Shown: piece after piece, positions 7,662 to 16,434 of the stretch
Layout of the letters: each line of letters opens with the position of its first letter
How positions within the stretch are numbered: the stretch's first letter is position 1
IMG/VR virus record: IMGVR_UViG_3300030616_000820
Source: an uncultured virus (IMG/VR IMGVR_UViG_3300030616_000820)
Taxonomy: Duplodnaviria; Heunggongvirae; Uroviricota; Caudoviricetes
Direction: 5' to 3' (one strand)
Length of the DNA stretch: 64,000 bases
Notes under the pieces: generated by a model
The model's database searches: none
What the model was told of the DNA's origin: nothing
The model's input: only the letters and a program-made list of their open reading frames with translations
Made by a program: the position numbers and the translations under genes

Positions 7662-8966
7662 ATGAAACTTTACCCTTGGCAGAAACAACTTCTTAAAATT
7701 TACAAAGGTAAAGGTATTGTTAAAGGAACACCTGGTTCTGGAAAAACAATTGGTGCCTTATCTTTAATTTACAACAGAAAATATAAAGATGTTTTAATTG
7801 CAGTTCCAACATTAACTCTGAAAAAACAATGGAAAGATGAATTAAAAAGGTTTAAAATGAATGCTAGAGTTGAAACATTTCATAAGTTATACAAACCAAA
7901 CGACATATCCTGCGACCTTTTTATTGTAGATGAATGCCACCGAAGTACAAGTCCAATGTTTATAAAAATGTATAAATATGTAATTTATAAAGACATTTTA
8001 GGTTTATCTGCAACTCCAAATATGTTATCTAAAAAAAGATGTGGCGACATTATTTTAACTGTATCTATGGATGAGGCAAACATTGCAGATTTTAAAGTTG
8101 TATTTGTTTCTGTGCCATTATTACCAAAAGAAAAAATAGAATATAAAACAATATCAAATAAATTAAGAAGCTCAATGGCCGAAGAAGAACATATACACCC
8201 ACAACAAAAACAAATAATTGATGCATTGGTTTATAAAAGAAGGTCATTAGTTTATAATGCAAAAGAAAGAATACCAATAGCCTGTAAATATATTTATGAA
8301 AATAGAAATAAAAATACACTTGTTATTTGCCAAAGGATAGAACAAGCCAATAGACTATCAACAATTACAGGACATCCAGTTTATCATAGTAAAAAACAAG
8401 ATAATAAAGTATTAGAAGACTTTAAAAAAGGAAAGCATAGATGTTTAATATCTGTTGGTATGTTAAAAGAAGGATTTGACAAACGAGATATAGATTGTTT
8501 AATTATTGTATCAACTGCAATTACAGAGGCCCACCACATACAAACAATTGGTAGGGCAATAAGATTACCAAACGATGCTATTATTTACATATTGCTTGCT
8601 TTTGATACTACAGATGAAAAGATATTAAAGTTCAGGTCAAGATATAAATATGAAATTGAAGGTAAGTTTACAGGTAAGTATGATACACCACCATCAAAAC
8701 TTACAAAATTATATTATAAATCCAAAAAGTATGGATTAGACCATAAATATAATTTGTTTAAATCTACAAAAAAAGGAAGGTTTTATTATAAAAAGAATCC
8801 TATAATAAATGATTTAAAACAATATTTATTAAGAGGTGGAAGTTTTAGAATATCAAAAGATAAGAAAGTTATGGTTCTTTTTAAAAATAAAGTTGTAGTT
8901 GTTACAACATTAAAAGAACCATTAGTTGAAAGTAAAGAAATAAATGTTATGAGGGATTTATGGTAA
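7662..8966 (+). CDS. Superfamily 2 DExH helicase (XPB/UvsW-like)
   Basis: GSGKT, VPT, VDECH, GLSAT, EGFD and QTIGRAIR motifs. Confidence 0.92.
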   Translation: MKLYPWQKQLLKIYKGKGIVKGTPGSGKTIGALSLIYNRKYKDVLIAVPTLTLKKQWKDELKRFKMNARVETFHKLYKPNDISCDLFIVDECHRSTSPMFIKMYKYVIYKDILGLSATPNMLSKKRCGDIILTVSMDEANIADFKVVFVSVPLLPKEKIEYKTISNKLRSSMAEEEHIHPQQKQIIDALVYKRRSLVYNAKERIPIACKYIYENRNKNTLVICQRIEQANRLSTITGHPVYHSKKQDNKVLEDFKKGKHRCLISVGMLKEGFDKRDIDCLIIVSTAITEAHHIQTIGRAIRLPNDAIIYILLAFDTTDEKILKFRSRYKYEIEGKFTGKYDTPPSKLTKLYYKSKKYGLDHKYNLFKSTKKGRFYYKKNPIINDLKQYLLRGGSFRISKDKKVMVLFKNKVVVVTTLKEPLVESKEINVMRDLW

Positions 8967-8969
8967 AAA

Positions 8970-9155
8970 ATGAAAAAAGTTTATGTTAATACAACCGAAG
9001 ATAAAATAACAGTTGTTAACCTAAAGGAACATCCATATTTAAAAGACAGAATTAAAGAAGTAGTAGATGATGTTATAGATTTATATTTTAATTTAGAAGT
9101 TGATAAGTTGGAGGGGAAACATGAAGAGAGACAGAAAGATAAGAGTTTGGAATAA
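8970..9155 (+). CDS. Hypothetical protein
   Basis: Co-oriented short ORF. Confidence 0.45.
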   Translation: MKKVYVNTTEDKITVVNLKEHPYLKDRIKEVVDDVIDLYFNLEVDKLEGKHEERQKDKSLE

Positions 9156-9271
9156 AACAGTAATAATTAAAGACGTGCCAGATGGGTATACAGATGAACA
9201 ACTTATAACTTGGGCAAAAAAAAGATTGATATTAAATGGTATGGTTAAACCAACCAATAAGGCAAGTTAAA

Positions 9272-9299
9272 ATATTAAAAATTCCAAAACCTTTATATA
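9272..9299 (+). promoter_or_regulatory. Putative promoter (ATATTAAAA-N11-TTTATATA)
   Basis: TATA at 9292, same spacing. Confidence 0.6.
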
Positions 9300-9327
9300 T
9301 GTAATTTTTTATTTCCTGTTAAAGAAG

Positions 9328-9570
9328 GTGGAAAAGGAAATGAAAAGAGAACAAACAATAGTTATTTGTGAACGCTGTGGAAAGGAAATGACCTTGACTG
9401 CAAGTAAGGTTTTATGTTTCAGAAAAAGTGCCCCTTACCCAAAAAACTGGGCCAAAATCTGGGACAAAAAACGAGTATGTTCTGCATGTGCCAAAGACTT
9501 TAAAATTATGTGGAACAAATATATGCAGGCAGGAATAGTTGACACAGAAATAATTAAATCAAAACATTAA
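9328..9570 (+). CDS. Zn-finger protein
   Basis: CERC...CSAC; true start may be the ATG at 9340. Confidence 0.6.
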   Translation: MEKEMKREQTIVICERCGKEMTLTASKVLCFRKSAPYPKNWAKIWDKKRVCSACAKDFKIMWNKYMQAGIVDTEIIKSKH

Positions 9571-9574
9571 GTAT

Positions 9575-9602
9575 TTGGGGCATCTAGCCCCAACTTTATT
9601 TC
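9575..9602 (+). terminator. Hairpin terminator-like element
   Basis: TTGGGGC-ATCTA-GCCCCAA (9575-9593) followed by a T-rich tail, just after a stop codon. Confidence 0.6.
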
Positions 9603-9605
9603 AAA

Positions 9606-9633
9606 ATGTTAAAAAAATCAAAACAATTATAAA
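9606..9633 (+). promoter_or_regulatory. Putative promoter of the replication operon (ATGTTAAAA-N11-ATTATAAA)
   Basis: Variant of the shared promoter with identical spacing. Confidence 0.5.
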
Positions 9634-9758
9634 CAAACTTTTTATTAAGAATATAAGCACACTCTAATTATATCAGCCTGACTTGGTGGTGAGGAAATAT
9701 ATAATAATTAGAGAAATTAAAATAAATGAAAGATAGGGATAAATATGGAGATTAAAAT

Positions 9759-9953
9759 ATGTCTAAAGACGCAGACTTTGATATATATTTTTCTTTAGGT
9801 TTAATTGTTAGAGGTAGAACGGATTCTTTAAAAGACCTTATTGAGTATATAAAAGAAAATCCAGAACTTACCCTTGTTTTTACTAAAACATCTGTCGGCA
9901 AATTAAGAATTGTTGAAACAGAAGATAATAAAAAATTTGAGAAGGAGATATAA
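9759..9953 (+). CDS. Hypothetical protein
   Basis: GGAG RBS; first gene of the operon. Confidence 0.6.
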   Translation: MSKDADFDIYFSLGLIVRGRTDSLKDLIEYIKENPELTLVFTKTSVGKLRIVETEDNKKFEKEI

Positions 9954-10928
9954 ATGGCAGAGGAAAAAAAATTAGAAATACCAGACGACTTGAAAGCACG
10001 ACTTAAAAAGTTGTCAGAAGCTAGTAATATCAAACCAGCAACTCTTATGAAAAAACTAAGAGAGATTTTTGATACAGATGAAAAAATAAAAGTAATGGAG
10101 AAAGAAGAATTTAAAATCAGATATGCAGTTGCAAGGCTTTTAAAAGAACAAGTTTCAACAGGCCAAACAACTGATTTTTATGTAAAACCATTATTGCATT
10201 TTAATTATCGAGAAATAAATACAGATGCAAAATATGTTGGAGATTTTTCTTGTTTACTTAAAAAAATAGTTAAAGATGAGAATGGAAAAATAGTGGAAGG
10301 TGAAACTGAGTTTGGTGCTGGAACATTATGGAGAGATGCAGCAAAACAGTTAGAAAAATTAGAAAAAGGGAAAATTTATAAAGCATCATTTATAGCAGAA
10401 AAAACAAGTTGGGGATGGTCATTAGGTGGTAACAATGCTGGTTTTGTAGAAGTTGATGGAATAGAATTTCCAGCATTAGATGAATTTTATAAAAAAGAAA
10501 TAGAACCAATGAATGTTGATACAGTATTATCAGATTTAGATATGGAAACAAGCCAAACACCAACAGATATTAAAGTTTTAAATGTAAGAATTATTGATTC
10601 TGATATTAGAGAAAGACCAAATAAAACAGAATATGGATATTATGATATTAATGACGATTCATTTATTGGAAATGAGAAAGGTGTACAGGGACAAAGGCTA
10701 TTTTTAGACCCAAGGGATGTTGAATATGAAATGGGTTGCGACATAAAAGTTGGTGTTAACATTGCAGTTAGAAATGATAAAGTTCAGTTAACACCATATT
10801 TTATATTGCCTGTTGGTGAAGTTCAAAAGAAAATATTTACAGATAAAGATGAAACACCAAGAGAGACAGTATCGGCTGAAGATTTAGTTCCAGATGAAGA
10901 TGATGAAGATGACTTTGGAACAATTTAG
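9954..10928 (+). CDS. Putative single-stranded DNA-binding protein (RPA/OB-fold-like)
   Basis: Beta-rich with a GTLW-type motif, acidic tail DEDDEDDFGTI, replication-module context. Confidence 0.5.
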   Translation: MAEEKKLEIPDDLKARLKKLSEASNIKPATLMKKLREIFDTDEKIKVMEKEEFKIRYAVARLLKEQVSTGQTTDFYVKPLLHFNYREINTDAKYVGDFSCLLKKIVKDENGKIVEGETEFGAGTLWRDAAKQLEKLEKGKIYKASFIAEKTSWGWSLGGNNAGFVEVDGIEFPALDEFYKKEIEPMNVDTVLSDLDMETSQTPTDIKVLNVRIIDSDIRERPNKTEYGYYDINDDSFIGNEKGVQGQRLFLDPRDVEYEMGCDIKVGVNIAVRNDKVQLTPYFILPVGEVQKKIFTDKDETPRETVSAEDLVPDEDDEDDFGTI

Positions 10929-10937
10929 GTGGTTTAA

Positions 10938-12065
10938 ATGGCAGAAAAAAAAGGAAGTGCCGTAAAGAAAAAAGAAACAGATTTATGGAAAGAAAAATTG
11001 GTTGAACCAGTTGATTTTGGTAAATATGCAAAAGAAGTTGTAGATTCAGAAAAAATAATTTTATTTGGAGAATCAAATACAGGTAAAACAAGATGGTATT
11101 TAAAAATATTAGAAGGATTAATTGAACATGGAATGAAGAAAGAAGATATATTAATGTGTGTTGTTTTTCCAGATAGACCAACAGGTATTGCAAAGTTGGC
11201 AAGTTTAATAAAATCAGAATATAGGGAATGTATTAAAATATTTCAGATTAATACATATGAAGAACTTGTTTCATCAACGGCTCAAGCAGAACAATTGTTA
11301 AAAGAACATTACAAAAAAACAGGCAAATATGGTTGGCTTATAGTAGAACTTTTAGAAGATGCTTGGAAATCATCTCAGGATTATTTTTGTAGAGAAGCAT
11401 ATGGTCAGTCTATGGGTGAATTTTTTTCCAATATGAGAGATAGTATGGAAAAGCCAGGGTCTCCTGCTTATGAAGCATTTTCCGGACCCTTTGGTGGACC
11501 TTGGCCTATTATTAAATTTTTCCACAACTATAACTGGATAGATAAGATAAAACGGATGCCTTTTAATGTTTTATTCACATCTGAATTAAAAAGAGAAGAT
11601 AACAAAGACTCTATGTTTGCAGACCTTAAATATAGACCTGCTGGTGAAAAAGACAACATACACAGAGTTGATACAATTATCTATCTCTCTCATAAAGGAA
11701 ACAAATTCTCTCAGGCTTGTTATAAACTCACAGGCTACTCTAAAGTTTATAGTACTGTTGATATAACTGGAAAGAATGGTTATAAAACACATAAAGATTT
11801 ACTTAAACGATTAGAAAAAGCAGGTTTGAGAACAAGCAAAATTGAAGATATAGAAAAAGAAGCTGGTATTGACTTTAAAGAAGAACCAAAAAAAGAAGAA
11901 AAAGAAAGTGTTAAAAAAAATACGACTTCTTCATCTCCTAAAAAAGAAGCGACGACAGAAAAAAAAGAGGAAGATATTCCTCCAAAAAAACAAGAGAATA
12001 CATCTCCTTCTAAGGCTAAAAAGCCGAAAGAAGAAAGCCAAAAAGAAGATGAATGGGCATTTTAG
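10938..12065 (+). CDS. P-loop ATPase (AAA_24/Sak4/RecA-like recombination protein)
   Basis: Walker A GESNTGKT; low-complexity K/E tail; adjacent to the putative SSB. Confidence 0.65.
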   Translation: MAEKKGSAVKKKETDLWKEKLVEPVDFGKYAKEVVDSEKIILFGESNTGKTRWYLKILEGLIEHGMKKEDILMCVVFPDRPTGIAKLASLIKSEYRECIKIFQINTYEELVSSTAQAEQLLKEHYKKTGKYGWLIVELLEDAWKSSQDYFCREAYGQSMGEFFSNMRDSMEKPGSPAYEAFSGPFGGPWPIIKFFHNYNWIDKIKRMPFNVLFTSELKREDNKDSMFADLKYRPAGEKDNIHRVDTIIYLSHKGNKFSQACYKLTGYSKVYSTVDITGKNGYKTHKDLLKRLEKAGLRTSKIEDIEKEAGIDFKEEPKKEEKESVKKNTTSSSPKKEATTEKKEEDIPPKKQENTSPSKAKKPKEESQKEDEWAF

Positions 12066-12089
12066 CCCATTCTCTTTTAGAGGTGATAT

Positions 12090-12317
12090 ATGTTAAAATG
12101 TAGAGATAAAAGACAAGCAGTTGGTTGGTTAGGAATTGCATCCTGTATATCAATGAATATTGTTGTTTTTATAACATTACTTTTTGCACATTTTAATGGA
12201 GGAAGAGTGGTTGTATATGCATTATACAATGAAATAATTATTGAATTATTTTTAGTTCCATTCTTTATTTTATTAGGAACTTATGGATTATATATAAATA
12301 TAAAGGAGAAGATATAA
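12090..12317 (+). CDS. Small membrane protein
   Basis: GAGGTGA RBS; two TM segments. Confidence 0.6.
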   Translation: MLKCRDKRQAVGWLGIASCISMNIVVFITLLFAHFNGGRVVVYALYNEIIIELFLVPFFILLGTYGLYINIKEKI

Positions 12318-13139
12318 ATGAAATTTGAAGTAGAAAATAAGAAGCTACAAGACTTGTTAAATTATTTGAAAGTGGATACATTATTTCCAACATGTGTTAT
12401 TTCAACAAAAAACCAGAAACTTTATTCATCCCAAACAGAAGCCTATGGTTACGCATTTAGATTTGCTTTGTTTGATAAAGAATATTTTGAATCAATAAAT
12501 AAAGACCAAGACTCTGTAAAAATTGATGTTGAAAAAACACTAAAGATAATTAAAAACATAGACCCAGATGAAAAGTTAACAATACAATATCCATCACCAA
12601 GCGATAAAAATAAAATAAACATTAAAGGCAAAACAGATGATATTAATATTAATACACAAACAATTGAAGAAGGTGAAGCCAAAGAAGGACTTATTTTTAA
12701 GATGGAAAAAGGAATACCAATATTAAAAGCAGATACAGATAATCCAGTAAAATTAGACAATGTAATTAAAATGAACATAGAATCATTTAAAGCAGTTGCT
12801 AACAGAGCAACAGCACTTGGAACAGAGTTTTTTTCATTTAATGTAGATAAAAAGAAAAAATTTACTATTAGAATTGGAGACCTTCATAGTGTTTCTGATT
12901 CTGATACTTATAAACCAAAAGAATTTGATGTTGATGTTAAAGAAGAAGTAGAATCAGTTTATACAAAAGGAGTTAATGAGGCAGCAAAAACATTTACTGC
13001 AGACAATGTTGTAATAAATATTAAAACAAATTGTCCCTGTTGGATTACTTCAACAGATGATACATATAGGCTTGGAATGTTATTACCACCATACCAGAAA
13101 GATGAGGATGAAATAATAGAAGAAAATTCGGAAGAATAA
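12318..13139 (+). CDS. Divergent PCNA-like sliding clamp
   Basis: About 270 aa with a two-domain alpha/beta pattern, C-terminal LGMLLPP (PCNA LAP equivalent) and acidic tail; sits before the primase and RFC genes are in the window. Confidence 0.6.
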   Translation: MKFEVENKKLQDLLNYLKVDTLFPTCVISTKNQKLYSSQTEAYGYAFRFALFDKEYFESINKDQDSVKIDVEKTLKIIKNIDPDEKLTIQYPSPSDKNKINIKGKTDDININTQTIEEGEAKEGLIFKMEKGIPILKADTDNPVKLDNVIKMNIESFKAVANRATALGTEFFSFNVDKKKKFTIRIGDLHSVSDSDTYKPKEFDVDVKEEVESVYTKGVNEAAKTFTADNVVINIKTNCPCWITSTDDTYRLGMLLPPYQKDEDEIIEENSEE

Positions 13140-13146
13140 TTTAAAT

Positions 13147-14115
13147 ATGGTTATGTTTCGTGAATTAAATCGTTGGCTTGGGTTTCCTAATCAGATATAT
13201 GTTACAAGTAGTTTTGCAAGAGATAGGTTGATTGAAAAATTCAATGGTAAAACTCCTTGTTTTATATCAAACTTTGTATTTCCAACAAAACAACAGATGA
13301 TAGTAGACAGAGCAACCTTTGATATTGACTCAAAATTTAATTTGAGAATACCATATAAGGATACAAGGAATTTAAAAAAGTTTGCAGAAAAACATAAGAT
13401 ACCGTACAGAATAATTTTTAGTGGGGCCAAAGGGTTCCATTTTTATATATTTTTTAAGCCAGAGGAAGGCAATGAATTAATAAAAACAAAACTTTTGAGT
13501 TTGCAACAATCGCTTGTAGAACATTTAAAGATACAAGCAATAGATGCACCTACAATGGGTCGACTTAGATGGCTTATAAGAATACCAACAACTGTTTATG
13601 TTAATGGCAAACTAGAGAAAAATGGTAATTACTGCCGATATATTAAACCAGAAGAATTTGATAAAGGATTAAAATATATATTTAAGTTAGTTAAAGAACC
13701 AGGTGAACTTCCAGAGAAACCAAAACCAAAACATACAATAGATGAAATATGTGATTTAATTCCAAACTATCAAGAAAGAAAAGCATTTAATGGAACACAA
13801 ATAGATTTTGATTTAGAACAGGGTGCAATACTAACACCAACAATACCAGCAATCGGAGTTCCTTGTTTACAACATTATATAAAAACAAAAGAACCATCTG
13901 AATTAATTAGAATGGAAACAACCTGTTTCTTAAAATTTTTAGGTTACAGAGATATAAGTATTATTGCTTTCTTTAAATCATTAAAATGGAGAGATTGGAA
14001 CTATGGCAAAACTGAATATAAAGTGCAACAGATGAAACCAAGATTTCCAGACTGCAAAAAAATAAAAGCAACAATAAGTGATAAGTATTGTAAAGAATGT
14101 ACATTAGGAAATTAA
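13147..14115 (+). CDS. Archaeo-eukaryotic primase, PriS fused to a PriL-like C-terminal domain
   Basis: FDID, SGAKGFH and IRIP catalytic motifs; C-terminal PCL...PDC...CKEC cysteines. Confidence 0.85.
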   Translation: MVMFRELNRWLGFPNQIYVTSSFARDRLIEKFNGKTPCFISNFVFPTKQQMIVDRATFDIDSKFNLRIPYKDTRNLKKFAEKHKIPYRIIFSGAKGFHFYIFFKPEEGNELIKTKLLSLQQSLVEHLKIQAIDAPTMGRLRWLIRIPTTVYVNGKLEKNGNYCRYIKPEEFDKGLKYIFKLVKEPGELPEKPKPKHTIDEICDLIPNYQERKAFNGTQIDFDLEQGAILTPTIPAIGVPCLQHYIKTKEPSELIRMETTCFLKFLGYRDISIIAFFKSLKWRDWNYGKTEYKVQQMKPRFPDCKKIKATISDKYCKECTLGN

Positions 14116-14238
14116 AAAAGTATATATAAAAGGTGTTAAATTGAAAAAATGTCCGATTACCAGAAGATATTGTATGGAACAAGATTGTGCATGGTGGTCT
14201 GGTTATGAATGTGTAATTAAAAAGATAGGTGAAAAAAA

Positions 14239-14544
14239 ATGAACAATAAAGCCGTATCTGCCGTTATTGGAGTTATAATGCTAATTGCTATAACAGTTGC
14301 AATTGCTGCAACAGTTTGGATTTATATAAATGAATTAGAAGACGAAAGATATGAGTACTACCTTTATAAAGATGGAAATTTCTATAAATGTTATAACTTT
14401 AAAGATGACAAATTTAAATTAAAAATAATATCTCCAGAAAATATAACAGGTGAAAAAGAAGTTAATTTTAAAGGCATTGTTGTATTTCCAGATGGAGATG
14501 AATATAAATTAACAAACTTTGAAGAAGGAATACATAAACGATGA
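14239..14544 (+). CDS. Archaeal type IV pilin (class III signal peptide, DUF1628-type)
   Basis: KA|VSAVIGVIMLIAITVAIAATV N-terminus; one N-I-T sequon. Confidence 0.85.
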   Translation: MNNKAVSAVIGVIMLIAITVAIAATVWIYINELEDERYEYYLYKDGNFYKCYNFKDDKFKLKIISPENITGEKEVNFKGIVVFPDGDEYKLTNFEEGIHKR

Positions 14545-15209
14545 AATTGTTAGTAGACTCTAGAGAAAAATACAAAATAACTTCATTCCGAAAATATATC
14601 AATAATGGTAGTTCTGACATCATAACTGATATAGAAATTGTAACATTAAATGCTGGGGATGCTGCAACACCCGACCTAGAACTTGGTTGGGAAAGAAAGG
14701 CAGAAGATTTTGTTCCTTCAATTTACTCTGACCAACTTGACAAACAGTTGACAGAATTGTCTGACAACTTTTCTCATCCTTATTTATTTATAGAATATGA
14801 AGGCATAATGGATTTAATAGAAAAACATCCACGAACAAATCCAGAAGTCATCATTGGGAAAATCTCGTCCATCCTAGCCAGACATAAAGTTACTGTTTGT
14901 TTTGTTGGTCAGTTCTATATACCCATAGTTGTACGCATGTGCGATAAGTTTTATGATTTAAACAACCCAACCAAAAGATATTCACCTATAAGAATGGGAA
15001 CAACAGTTAGAAGGAATGCAACACCAAAAGAAGTTAAACTTGACATTATATCAAGAATTCCAAAAGTAGGGGCAAAAAAAGGAAATAAACTATTAGAAAA
15101 ATTTGATAATTCAATTCAAAAAATATCTAATGCAACAATAGATGAATTAATAGAAGTAGATGGTATTGGAGAAAAGATGGCAAAATCAATAAAGGAGATA
15201 TTAAAATGA
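14541..15209 (+). CDS. ERCC4/XPF-family nuclease with HhH domain
   Basis: VDSRE, GD, ERK motifs; two HhH motifs (IPKVG, VDGIG). Confidence 0.9.
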   Translation: MKLLVDSREKYKITSFRKYINNGSSDIITDIEIVTLNAGDAATPDLELGWERKAEDFVPSIYSDQLDKQLTELSDNFSHPYLFIEYEGIMDLIEKHPRTNPEVIIGKISSILARHKVTVCFVGQFYIPIVVRMCDKFYDLNNPTKRYSPIRMGTTVRRNATPKEVKLDIISRIPKVGAKKGNKLLEKFDNSIQKISNATIDELIEVDGIGEKMAKSIKEILK

Positions 15210-15421
15210 TAATGACGTTGGCGTTTTTAGTTTCTGCAATACTTTTAATGTTGATTACTCTTATAGAAATAGGATTAGCTGGTGGTGTTAATGAAATGAC
15301 AATGCAATCATCATTACCTTGGTTAATTGCTGGTTGGTGTATATGGCTGGCTACATTTTATGCATACAGAAAATGGGGCAAAATAGAAGAATACGATGAC
15401 GGATATGATAGATACCTTTGA
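15206..15421 (+). CDS. Small membrane protein
   Basis: Two TM segments; ATGA overlap. Confidence 0.55.
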   Translation: MIMTLAFLVSAILLMLITLIEIGLAGGVNEMTMQSSLPWLIAGWCIWLATFYAYRKWGKIEEYDDGYDRYL

Positions 15422-15597
15422 TTTGATTATGACACTGGGGAAGATGGAGATTGGTGAGGAGAGGACAATAGGGAAACATAGGATAAAAAAAGTAAGTAAA
15501 TATACTTACAACTATGTTTGTCCCTGTTGTCGAGGAAAGGTTATATGCTATGGAAAAAATAGGTAAAATATAAACATAGTCTTTGGAGAGATAGGCT

Positions 15598-16434
15598 ATG
15601 CGACAAGAACATTTAATAAGTGTAATAATTCCAACAATAAACAGACCTGATAATTTACAAAGGGCAATAAAAACTGTATTCAATCAGATTTATCAAAACA
15701 TAGAAATTATTGTTGTGGATGATTCCAATAAAGAAAATTTACAATTAAATAAACAACATATTAAACTATTTTCTGACCCAAGAATAAAACATATGATTTG
15801 TAAAGATAAAAGCGGTCCTTCTTTTGCAATCAATAAAGGAATTAAAGAGGCAAAAGGAAATTTTATTGCATTACTTTATGATACAGACGAATGGCTTACA
15901 AACAAGTTAGAAAAACAATTAAAAGTTATGTTGGATAATCCAAACATTGGTTTAATTGTTTGTCATTCTTTAGATAAAAGGTTTAAAAAAGAAATTATAA
16001 GTCAACCAAAAGAAACAATAACATATACAGACTTATTAAAATCATTTCATTTATCATCAACATCTTCTTATTTTGTTAAAAAGGATGCCATTGAAAAAAT
16101 ACATGGTTTTGATACAGAATTACAATTTGAAGAAGAATATGATTTAGCAATAAGACTTTCAAAATATCATAACATAAAAACAGTTCCAGAAGTTTTGGTA
16201 ATCAGAAATGCCTTAGATGAAAGAGTTAAAAGACAATGGAATAAAAAAGTAAGGTCTGTTTTAACTATTTATAAAAAACACTATAAAGAATATAAAATAC
16301 TCGGAACACCAAGTATGCTTTTTAATCATTTTAAAGCAATAGGTTTATTGTTTACATTTTTCTTTGCATTTATTTTTCATAATAAAGTTTACAAAATTAT
16401 TAATCCAATAAAAAAGAGATATGAAGGTGGTTAG
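15598..16434 (+). CDS. Glycosyltransferase family 2
   Basis: SVIIPT, IIVVDDS, NKGI and GFD...EEYD motifs; DxD motif is degenerate (YDTD). Confidence 0.88.
   Translation: MRQEHLISVIIPTINRPDNLQRAIKTVFNQIYQNIEIIVVDDSNKENLQLNKQHIKLFSDPRIKHMICKDKSGPSFAINKGIKEAKGNFIALLYDTDEWLTNKLEKQLKVMLDNPNIGLIVCHSLDKRFKKEIISQPKETITYTDLLKSFHLSSTSSYFVKKDAIEKIHGFDTELQFEEEYDLAIRLSKYHNIKTVPEVLVIRNALDERVKRQWNKKVRSVLTIYKKHYKEYKILGTPSMLFNHFKAIGLLFTFFFAFIFHNKVYKIINPIKKRYEGG

Noticed and set aside
11869..12096. Alternative-frame K-rich ORF; likewise 17283..17537 and 50635..50829
   Set aside because: Out-of-frame shadows inside confident genes
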